Source: Candidatus Kerfeldbacteria bacterium CG08_land_8_20_14_0_20_40_16 (lineage in GTDB: Bacteria > Patescibacteriota > Patescibacteriia > UM-FILTER-42-10). Taken from it: a DNA stretch of 46,784 nt. Position 1 is the first letter of the stretch. Each line of letters begins with the position of its first letter. The stretch spans positions 1 through 46,784 of the forward strand of contig PEXU01000056.1 of NCBI GenBank assembly GCA_002774635.1. The letters run 5' to 3'. The position numbers and the translations under genes were made by a program. The notes below the pieces were generated by a model, which saw only the letters and a program-made list of their open reading frames with translations, searched no databases and had not been told where the DNA came from. Shown here piece by piece: positions 1 through 6,780 of the stretch.

Positions 1-83
1 CTTGGCGAAGGCGGGAAGCGCGCCGTCAGTTCCGTTCAAAAAAGGTTCGGATTTCGTCAAACAAACGCACCAAAAAAACACGG

Positions 84-172
84 GCGCCGTTAGTCCCGAT
101 GCCCCTAAGTAAATTCGGGGATCGGGATCCCGACTTCCCCGCAAGGAGAACGTCGGGACTCAGCCAGGTAGA
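84..172 (+). pseudogene. 5' part of a split tRNA-Lys (acceptor strand GCGCCGT), interrupted by tandem palindromes at 94-158
   Basis: GCGCCGT-TAG[insert 94-158]CTCAGCCAGGTAGA matches the D-arm of the intact tRNA-Lys at 679. GCGCCGT is the exact complement of ACGGCGC at 898-904. Confidence 0.8.
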
Positions 173-256
173 CCTGCCCCCGCCCGATTGCTTCGCATTC
201 GAAGCGGGCGGGCGTTTTGCCTTGCGGTTTTAAAAGTTAATTTAAATAAAATACTC

Positions 257-348
257 GGGCGCATAGCTCCCGTCCGCCATCGGCTCGCCGAAGGCGTGCC
301 GGGCGGGCAGCCAGGTAGATCCGCCAGCTGGCGGACTCTTAAGCAAAC
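257..348 (+). pseudogene. Truncated 5' copy of tRNA-Lys(CTT) with two palindrome insertions, directly upstream of the GIY-YIG ORF
   Basis: GGGCGCATAGCT[269-307]CAGCCAGGTAGA[320-335]CTCTTAAGCAAAC. The non-insert segments are identical to the tRNA at 679-755, and the second insert replaces GCAGTTGC. Confidence 0.85.
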
Positions 349-351
349 ATA

Positions 352-606
352 ATGTTTAGTGTTTACGTAGTATACAATAGAATTTATAATAAAATTTACA
401 TTGGGTATACTTCGGATTTAGAAGCGAGATTAAAACGCCATAATGGCATATTAAAAAATAAAAAGAAGTCTTTTACTAGCAAAAATAAAGGTAAATGGGA
501 ACTGATTTATAGTGAACAATCATCCACAAGAAAAGACGCTATAAAAAGAGAAAAAGAATTAAAAAGTTATAGAGGAAGAGAGTTTATTAAAAGCAAGATA
601 AAGTAA
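352..606 (+). CDS. Small stand-alone GIY-YIG nuclease family protein
   Basis: VYVV...IYIGYTSDLEARLKRHN and A..RE..LK motifs; 84 aa. Confidence 0.92.
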   Translation: MFSVYVVYNRIYNKIYIGYTSDLEARLKRHNGILKNKKKSFTSKNKGKWELIYSEQSSTRKDAIKREKELKSYRGREFIKSKIK

Positions 607-615
607 CCGACATTA

Positions 616-644
616 GCCCCCATAGCTCAATTAGTAGATCCGCC
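616..644 (+). pseudogene. Short tRNA 5' fragment ending in a palindrome half (TCCGCC)
   Basis: GCCCCCA-TAGCTCAATTAGTAGA then TCCGCC, the same GTAGA^ junction as at 319/320. Confidence 0.55.
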
Positions 645-678
645 CCTTTTACTCTTTACAAATTTACATATTTTTATC

Positions 679-755
679 GGGCGCATAGCTCAGCCAGGTA
701 GAGCAGTTGCCTCTTAAGCAAACGGTCGGGGGTTCGATTCCCTCTGCGCCCACCA
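679..755 (+). tRNA. tRNA-Lys(CTT)
   Basis: Acceptor GGGCGCA/TGCGCCC, anticodon loop CT-CTT-AA, GGTTCGATTCC T-arm, encoded CCA. Confidence 0.96.
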
Positions 756-835
756 ATAAATTATGTTAAATTCCGAAATATCAAAGCAAGGCAGGCCCGT
801 CCATCCCGCATCTATGGGATGATCGGGCAGGCGGG

Positions 836-908
836 GCAGTTGCCTCTTAAGCGTACGGTCGGGGGTTCAAATCCCTGCCTGCCGGCAGGCAGGCCTCACG
901 GCGCACCA
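836..908 (+). pseudogene. 3' part of the split tRNA-Lys(CTT), with a 20-bp palindrome in the T-stem
   Basis: GCAGTTGCCTCTTAAGCGTACGGTCGGGGGTTCAAATC[CCTGCCTGCCGGCAGGCAGG 874-893]CCTCACGGCGCACCA. Confidence 0.85.
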
Positions 909-1143
909 TAGTAAAGTATCCTGAAAAAAACAGGATATTTTTTGTTACCGACTTTTAGTATCAGGGGAAGGGATTCGAACGGGCAGAAGTAAAGAAGCAG
1001 TTATATTGATTTTAGCTTGCTTTTTCCTTCAGATTATTGTAAGTTACCTTAAGAAAATTGTTCCTAAAAAACCGATATAATAAAGCCAGTGCAAAATAGA
1101 AGCAAGAGATAGAATCATTATTTCTGAAAAAAGGAGAAAGCAC

Positions 1144-1992
1144 ATGAACAACCGAAATTTCCGAAAACTGTTGGAGAATCAATGGTCTCGCGGTAACTTC
1201 GTCTGCGTTGGACTCGACAGCAGGTTGGATAATATTCCAAAGTCCATGCTCCAAAGTGGCAGTGAAAGCAATGTCAGTATCGCTAACACCATCGTCGCGT
1301 TCAACCGAGCAATCGTGGAAGCAACCAAGAACCTTGTGTGTGCCTACAAGCCGAATAGCGCGTTCTATGAAGCGTATGGTGCTGAGGGGCTTGCTGCTTT
1401 ACACCGAACTATCGTTGATATCCACATTCTAGCGCCGGATGTTCCGGTGATCCTCGACGCCAAGCGGGCAGACATTGGCAACACCAATGCGGGCTATGTG
1501 GAAGCAGCATTTGACTTTCTACAAGCAGACGCAATCACAGTTAATCCCTATCTGGGAGCTGAAGCACTTCTGCCATTTCTGGCACGAGCAGAGAAAGGCA
1601 TCATTGTGCTCTGCCGTACTTCCAATCCAGGTGCGGGCGAGTTTCAGGATTTGTCAGTGAACGACGAGCCGCTCTATCTTTTCGTGGCGCGTCGCGTCGC
1701 CAGTGAGTGGAATAAGAACGGCAACTGCGCGCTCGTCGTCGGCGCCACCTATCCTGATGAACTTCGGGAGGTACGCGAAATTGTCGGCGACATGCCAATT
1801 CTCATTCCTGGAATCGGCGCCCAAGGCGGCGATGTAGAGAAGACTGTCTCCGTAGCTAAGAACAGCCGCGGACAGGGCATGATTATCAATAGTTCGCGCG
1901 CCATCATTTTTGCCTCGAAAGACGCAGACTTCGCCGAAGCGGCTCGCCGCGAAACAGAGAAGCTCCGCGACGCAATCAACCAGTACCGATAG
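1144..1992 (+). CDS. pyrF: Orotidine-5'-phosphate decarboxylase
   Basis: CVGLD, YKPNSAFYE, ILDAKRADIGNT, VVGAT, LIPGIGAQGG, INSSR motifs. Confidence 0.96.
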   Translation: MNNRNFRKLLENQWSRGNFVCVGLDSRLDNIPKSMLQSGSESNVSIANTIVAFNRAIVEATKNLVCAYKPNSAFYEAYGAEGLAALHRTIVDIHILAPDVPVILDAKRADIGNTNAGYVEAAFDFLQADAITVNPYLGAEALLPFLARAEKGIIVLCRTSNPGAGEFQDLSVNDEPLYLFVARRVASEWNKNGNCALVVGATYPDELREVREIVGDMPILIPGIGAQGGDVEKTVSVAKNSRGQGMIINSSRAIIFASKDADFAEAARRETEKLRDAINQYR

Positions 1993-2007
1993 GAAGTAGG
2001 TAAAATT

Positions 2008-2745
2008 ATGAACATACTAGAAATGACAGAACGAGAGCTTTTAACACTTGGAGTTGAAGATGTTAGCCGTTCTTTAACTCCTGAAGAGGTCGTACATATA
2101 GCCAAAACTCGCGGAGCATTCTGGGTCTACAACTACGAAGCGGCCAAACAAGGGAATGTTGGAATGCACGCCAGCTTGAAGTCTGGTCTTCACAGCGACG
2201 GCTTTTTCATCTCCCGAATCCTGCTGGCATCAGAAAACATCAGACGAATCATTTCCAGCCAAATGGTTATGAGGATTAAGGAAGCTCTCTGTGAGAATGA
2301 CATGCCCAGTGGCGTTGTGGGCGTCCCAGACGGGGCCACTAAGATTGGCGAGGATATTGGCAAAATGTTCGGGATAAATGTCCTTAAGATGGGAAAGATC
2401 GAGGGTCAAATTGTTTCCTCGTCGCCAGTGGATCCCCAGGAGCGGATTTTAGTGGTTGAGGATTTCTGTACACGGGGAACTGGTTTCACCGAAGCGGTAC
2501 GAGCAATCAAAGCAGCCCAACCTAAAGCACAATTCATACCTTACGACCCAGTAATTATCAATCGCGGAGGGCTGAAAATCATTTTTGTGGAAGGAACCGG
2601 TGAATTTAAAATCTGCCCTGTTGTTGAATGGAGAGTCCAAGATTGGGATCCAGAGAAATGTCCTCTCTGTAAAATGGGTTCTGTTGCCATCAAACCAAAG
2701 GCGACAGACGAAAACTGGAAAGCAATCACCACTTCTCAATTGTAA
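2008..2745 (+). CDS. pyrE: Type I phosphoribosyltransferase, probably orotate PRTase
   Basis: LKSGLHS and PRPP-binding ILVVEDFCTRG motif; directly downstream of pyrF. Confidence 0.75.
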   Translation: MNILEMTERELLTLGVEDVSRSLTPEEVVHIAKTRGAFWVYNYEAAKQGNVGMHASLKSGLHSDGFFISRILLASENIRRIISSQMVMRIKEALCENDMPSGVVGVPDGATKIGEDIGKMFGINVLKMGKIEGQIVSSSPVDPQERILVVEDFCTRGTGFTEAVRAIKAAQPKAQFIPYDPVIINRGGLKIIFVEGTGEFKICPVVEWRVQDWDPEKCPLCKMGSVAIKPKATDENWKAITTSQL

Positions 2746-3027
2746 GCTAAATATCGAACAACCAAAGGGTAAAGCGGCACCCATCAACAAAACAAAGCCG
2801 CTTTTTTCTTTTCTAAAAAGAATCTATCGCTAAAGCAGTAAATTTTCAAAAAAAACAAAAAATCCATCAAAATCCAGTAAATAAAACACCGATCAAAACC
2901 GGTTTTTTGTTTATTTATTGACAGCGGTTCCTAATTCCAGTAAGGTAGAGTAACGCTCTTTTACAAATAACTGAGTACAAAAACTTTAAATCATAAACTG
3001 CTGCACAATTTTTAGGAGGACCCGAGC

Positions 3028-3873
3028 ATGTCTTTTCCCATAGCTCTTATTACCGGTACAGGGATGGATGAACTATTTTCTCCCAAAACCGAGGAAAAAA
3101 CTGGGCTACCTGTCTTTAAAACTGAATTAAAACACGTTGCTAGAACTACTCATGGAGGTCCGGTACGCGCCCAAATTGTCCGAGGTGATGGTCTAGAATT
3201 TCTGTGGCTTGACCGGCACAATTCATCAAAACGGTACTGCTGTCCCCATGAAATCAATTCTGCTGCTTACATGAAGATGCTGTACGACAACGGCGTACAA
3301 TTCATCTTCGCTACCTCCGCAGTGGGCGGCATTAACAGGGCTGGATTTGACCGTTTAGAAGTCGGCTCTTTAGTTATTCCCGAAGACTTTATTGATCTTA
3401 CTAAAGGGTCATATACTTTTAACAATCCAGCTCATACTCATCCTTTAGCCTTCTATCGTCCCCCGGCAGGTCTCTTTTGCCCTGAAATGGCAAAGCTATT
3501 TCCAGAAGCTGATATCCAAAAGGGTGGAATTTACACCAGTGTGCCGGGACCCCGCTACGAAACACGGGCGGAAATTGCAATGATAAAAAACTTTCATCCG
3601 GAGGCACGGCTGTTAGGAATGACCATTCCTCCTGAAGCATCACTGGCTCGAGAGATAGCGGTTCATTATTGTCCGATTTGCATTGTGGCTGATCTGCCCC
3701 TCGAGGAAGGCTCTGTTAATGGGAGTTCCGTTGAAGATGTTGTCCGCCAGGCTAAGAAAGCGGTTCTTACTGCTATCCTCTCGGTAATGCATAAAGTGCC
3801 AGAAGTCAGCGCTGGCTGGCAATGCGACTGCGGCAAGATGGATCCGGTATTTAAAATTTTACAATCCGCCTAA
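3028..3873 (+). CDS. MTAP-family purine nucleoside / methylthioadenosine phosphorylase
   Basis: IALITGTG, RH...PH.IN, SAVGG, GPRYETRAE, GMT..PEA.LARE motifs. Confidence 0.88.
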   Translation: MSFPIALITGTGMDELFSPKTEEKTGLPVFKTELKHVARTTHGGPVRAQIVRGDGLEFLWLDRHNSSKRYCCPHEINSAAYMKMLYDNGVQFIFATSAVGGINRAGFDRLEVGSLVIPEDFIDLTKGSYTFNNPAHTHPLAFYRPPAGLFCPEMAKLFPEADIQKGGIYTSVPGPRYETRAEIAMIKNFHPEARLLGMTIPPEASLAREIAVHYCPICIVADLPLEEGSVNGSSVEDVVRQAKKAVLTAILSVMHKVPEVSAGWQCDCGKMDPVFKILQSA

Positions 3874-3897
3874 CCAAGCGGTTTAGGGGATTATTAT

Positions 3898-3928
3898 GGC
3901 TCGTTCCGAGATGGACGAGCCTTTTTTT
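3898..3928 (+). terminator. Intrinsic terminator
   Basis: GGCTCGTTC/GGACGAGCC hairpin followed by a T tract. Confidence 0.75.
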
Positions 3929-3933
3929 AATAA

Positions 3934-4878
3934 ATGTTTTACAATACAAATATGAAAAAAGAAACGATAACCATAGAACCAAAAGATAAAGGAAAGCGTT
4001 TAGATAAGCTCTTAGCAAAAAAATTTCCCAATTATTCCCGTTCGCACTTCCAAAAATTAATCAAAGAAGCAAAAGTATCGGTTAACGCCCAGAAAATAGC
4101 CGCCCATACTCTCCTTAAAGAAAATGATAAAGTAACTATTGAACCAGTTGAACCAATAAAGATATCCCTAAATCCTGATTCCTCTATCAAATTGGATATT
4201 GTGTTTGAAGACCAAGACTTTCTAATAATTAATAAACCGGCGGGAATGGTGGTACACCCTTCCCAGAGCAATCCCGAGCATACTTTAGTAAATGGTATTC
4301 TTGTCCACAATCCTTCCATCGCCTTAGTTGGCGATAACGCTCTTAGGCCCGGAATTGTCCACCGGTTAGATAAAGAAGTCTCTGGATTGATTGCTGTAGC
4401 AAAAAACCAACTTTCATTTTTACATCTAAAAGAGCAGTTTTTAAAAAGAACAATCAATAAAAAATATCTGGCGCTGGTATATGGAAAACTAAACCAAGCG
4501 GAGGGTAAAATAGATTTGAGTATTGGGCGTTCCAAAAGAAAGCCGTTTCGCATGTCGGTGAAACAAAAAGGAGAAGGGAAGTCCGCTCTCACTTATTACC
4601 GTGTTCTCAAGGAATATAGATATTATTCTTTATTAGAGATTAAAACTAAAACCGGCCGGACTCATCAAATTCGAGTGCATCTTTTCTCCTTTGGTCATCC
4701 GATTGTCGGAGATAAAATATATCAGATAAAAAGTATAAAACCGGCTAAAGATCTTGATCGAATTTTTCTTCATGCTAGCTTTCTTCAATTTACGGGAATA
4801 CAGGGAGAAATAAAAAGGTTTCAGGTTGACTTGTCCAGTGAATTAAAAAATTATCTTATAAAATTAAAAGGCTGTTGA
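3934..4878 (+). CDS. rluD: RluA/RluD-family 23S rRNA pseudouridine synthase with S4 domain (start possibly 3952)
   Basis: RLDK S4 domain, NKPAGMVVHP, IVHRLDKEVSG, TGRTHQIRVH. Confidence 0.92.
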   Translation: MFYNTNMKKETITIEPKDKGKRLDKLLAKKFPNYSRSHFQKLIKEAKVSVNAQKIAAHTLLKENDKVTIEPVEPIKISLNPDSSIKLDIVFEDQDFLIINKPAGMVVHPSQSNPEHTLVNGILVHNPSIALVGDNALRPGIVHRLDKEVSGLIAVAKNQLSFLHLKEQFLKRTINKKYLALVYGKLNQAEGKIDLSIGRSKRKPFRMSVKQKGEGKSALTYYRVLKEYRYYSLLEIKTKTGRTHQIRVHLFSFGHPIVGDKIYQIKSIKPAKDLDRIFLHASFLQFTGIQGEIKRFQVDLSSELKNYLIKLKGC

Positions 4879-4902
4879 CTTAATCAATATTTTTGGTATA
4901 CT
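4875..4902 (+). promoter_or_regulatory. Sigma70-type promoter of rplS/tRNA-Leu
   Basis: TTGACT-N16-TATACT. Confidence 0.65.
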
Positions 4903-4931
4903 GCTATACACTAAGCAATTAAAATATCTAA

Positions 4932-5279
4932 ATGACAGAAGAGAAATCAAAAAAAAAGAATAAAGATATAATAGAAAATATTCCTGACTTAAAACCAGGA
5001 AATGTTGTTCAGGTCTATCAAAAAATCGCTCAAGGTGACAAATTTAGAATTCAAATGTTCGAAGGAGTGGTAATCGCTAAAAAGGGAAAAACAGAGAACG
5101 ATCGAACAATTACCGTCAGAAAAGTATCAGAAGGCGGATACGGAGTAGAAAGAATATTCCCTTTGGCTTCTCCTTTGATTTCCAAAATAACGGTTTTGAA
5201 AAAACCTAAGGTCCGTCGGGCAAAACTTTACTATCTTCGTCATTCACCTCGAGAACTTAAAGAGCTAAAAGAAAAATAA
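4932..5279 (+). CDS. rplS: 50S ribosomal protein L19
   Basis: [31 protein letters not shown]. Confidence 0.97.
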   Translation: MTEEKSKKKNKDIIENIPDLKPGNVVQVYQKIAQGDKFRIQMFEGVVIAKKGKTENDRTITVRKVSEGGYGVERIFPLASPLISKITVLKKPKVRRAKLYYLRHSPRELKELKEK

Positions 5280-5295
5280 GCTTGGGCGATAAAAT

Positions 5296-5383
5296 GCCGC
5301 GGTGGCGGAATTTGGTATACGCGCTACCTTGAGGTGGTAGTGGGGGTAACTCCTTGGAGGTTCAAGTCCTCTCCGCGGCACCA
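5296..5383 (+). tRNA. tRNA-Leu(GAG)
   Basis: GCCGCGG/CCGCGGC acceptor, CTACC-TT-GAG-GT-GGTAG anticodon arm, long variable arm, CCA. Confidence 0.95.
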
Positions 5384-5535
5384 AAACTTTTTTAACCAGG
5401 CGAGTGATTATTAGTAAGCTCGGGCAAGTTAAAGCCAAAGACTTGAAGAGCAGAAGCGAGCAAGTCTCGCGAAGCGGGACTTAAGAGAGCGTCGACGAAT
5501 GCGAGCTGGCGCAGCATTCGGCGCTGCCCGGGACA

Positions 5536-5554
5536 CAAGTCCTCTCCGCGGCAC
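5536..5554 (+). repeat. 19-bp direct repeat of the tRNA-Leu 3' end
   Basis: CAAGTCCTCTCCGCGGCAC is identical to 5363-5381. Confidence 0.85.
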
Positions 5555-5559
5555 TTAAG

Positions 5560-5685
5560 GGGTGCGTAGCTTCCGCCTTCGTCCCGCAGGCGCGGGACCT
5601 CGGCGGACAGGCAGTTGGTTAGACCCGCCCGACTGCCTTGACGGCAGTCAAAGCGGGCAGGGCGCATGGTTTATACCTGCCCGCC
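5560..5685 (+). pseudogene. Palindrome-interrupted 5' copy of tRNA-Val
   Basis: GGGTGCGTAGCT[5572-5611]CAGTTGGTTAGA[5624-5661]GCGCATGGTTTATA[CCTGCCCGCC]; matches the tRNA-Val at 5720. Confidence 0.82.
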
Positions 5686-5719
5686 GCGGCCGTAAAAATC
5701 TTTTAAAAATATTTCAACT

Positions 5720-5796
5720 GGGTTTGTAGCTCAACTGGTTAGAGCGCATGGTTTACATCCATGAGGTTAGGGGTTCAAGTCCTCTCAAACCCACCA
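5720..5796 (+). tRNA. tRNA-Val(TAC)
   Basis: GGGTTTG/CAAACCC acceptor, CATGG-TT-TAC-AT-CCATG, GGTTCAAGTCC, CCA. Confidence 0.96.
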
Positions 5797-5918
5797 GACA
5801 GTAAATTTACAGTTAAAAGATTGAGAGCTGCTTTGGCAGACGGATCTAAAAGGTCATCCCGCGCACCACTAGTTTAGCCCTCCCTTTCTGACGGGTTTAA
5901 GTCAACTAATAACAAAGC

Positions 5919-6164
5919 ATGGGAGTAATTATCTTAGGAATAATTGGAATTGTCATCGGCGCTGTTTTTGTCATAAAAACAGAGTGGTTTTTGGATTTCT
6001 TTGGTCGAATTGAATGGGCCGAGCGACATTTGGGTACCGAGGGGGGAAGCCGTCTTTTTTACAAAATAATCGGAATTGGGACAATTGTTTTAAGCTTTAT
6101 GTTGATGACCGGACTGTTCCAGTTGCTTTTAAGAAAAATATTCTCGTCAGGGAGGATTAATTAA
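5919..6164 (+). CDS. Small two-TM hypothetical membrane protein
   Basis: Two hydrophobic helices flanking FGRIEWAERHLG; 81 aa. Confidence 0.8.
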   Translation: MGVIILGIIGIVIGAVFVIKTEWFLDFFGRIEWAERHLGTEGGSRLFYKIIGIGTIVLSFMLMTGLFQLLLRKIFSSGRIN

Positions 6165-6167
6165 TAA

Positions 6168-6271
6168 GGGCCCTTAGTCCCGATGTCCCTCTGAGGCGGG
6201 AATCGGGATCCCGATTTCGCCTATGGCGAATATCGAGACTAAGTTGGTTAGAACACCACATTTGTCCCGAC
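6168..6271 (+). pseudogene. Palindrome-interrupted 5' tRNA copy (Ala-like) upstream of tRNA-Ala
   Basis: GGGCCCT-TAG[6178-6238 tandem TCCCGAT..ATCGGGA]CTAAGTTGGTTAGAACACCACATTTG[TCCCGAC]. Confidence 0.7.
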
Positions 6272-6323
6272 TTACAATAATATATAGAATTAAAGAAGTG
6301 GAGGATTCTCGAAAATTTATAAA

Positions 6324-6399
6324 GGGCCGATAGCTCAGCTGGTAGAGCATCCGGTTTGCATCCGGAAGGTCTGGGGTTCGAATCCCCATCGGTCCACCA
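6324..6399 (+). tRNA. tRNA-Ala(TGC)
   Basis: GGGCCGA/TCGGTCC acceptor with G3:U70, TCCGG-TT-TGC-AT-CCGGA, CCA. Confidence 0.96.
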
Positions 6400-6601
6400 A
6401 ATACCTTTTACCGAGGTATTTTTGTTTTATACTATTGAATTATTTTTTATATTATCTATAATTAGATTGCAATTTTATTTTGTTTCTGGTAAAATAAAAT
6501 TATTAAAGTGAATAAAATATCTTGATTTATTTTCAAAAGTGATTTATTATTATAATATCTTTTCAATAAAAAAACATTTTTGCCGAGAGGAGGTGAATTA
6601 A

Positions 6602-6700
6602 ATGGCAAAAAAGAGAAAGAAAGTAGTAAAAAAAAGAAAAGTAGCAAAAAAAAGAAGAGTTGCTAAGAAGAAAAAAGGTGGTCGCAAAAGAAAGAGATAA
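6602..6700 (+). CDS. 32-aa lysine/arginine-rich peptide (MAKKRKKVVKKRKVAKKRRVAKKKKGGRKRKR)
   Basis: Strong SD GGAGGTG just upstream, TATAAT at 6551, hairpin at ~6721-6766; below the ORF-track cutoff. Confidence 0.75.
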   Translation: MAKKRKKVVKKRKVAKKRRVAKKKKGGRKRKR

Positions 6701-6780
6701 TCTATTCTATTTGCGATAGAAAAAGCCTTCTGCTTCCCATTTCTACGGGATAATAGAGGGCTTTTTCGTTTTGATTAATT

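Noticed and set aside
1-72. End of a further element (palindrome tail, ending CGCACCA like a tRNA 3' end)
   Set aside because: Truncated by the window edge; the tRNA-end match is too short to support.
257-755. Group I intron in tRNA carrying a homing endonuclease
   Set aside because: The downstream tRNA is complete rather than a 3' exon, no group I core is visible and the non-coding flanks are too short. The same applies at tRNA-Glu.
84-908. CRISPR array interpretation of the repeats
   Set aside because: The repeats are tRNA fragments and heterogeneous palindromes, with no constant repeat/spacer periodicity and no cas genes.
5392-5667. 91-aa minus ORF and similar short ORFs over repeat regions (6174-6389, 26497-26709, 34642-34994, 39701-39934)
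   Set aside because: They are translations of GC-rich palindromes or tRNA sequence that lack stop codons by composition.
5857-5869. CGCACCA as the 3' partner of the broken tRNA-Val acceptor
   Set aside because: Only 6 bp are complementary and no T-arm precedes it; could be chance.
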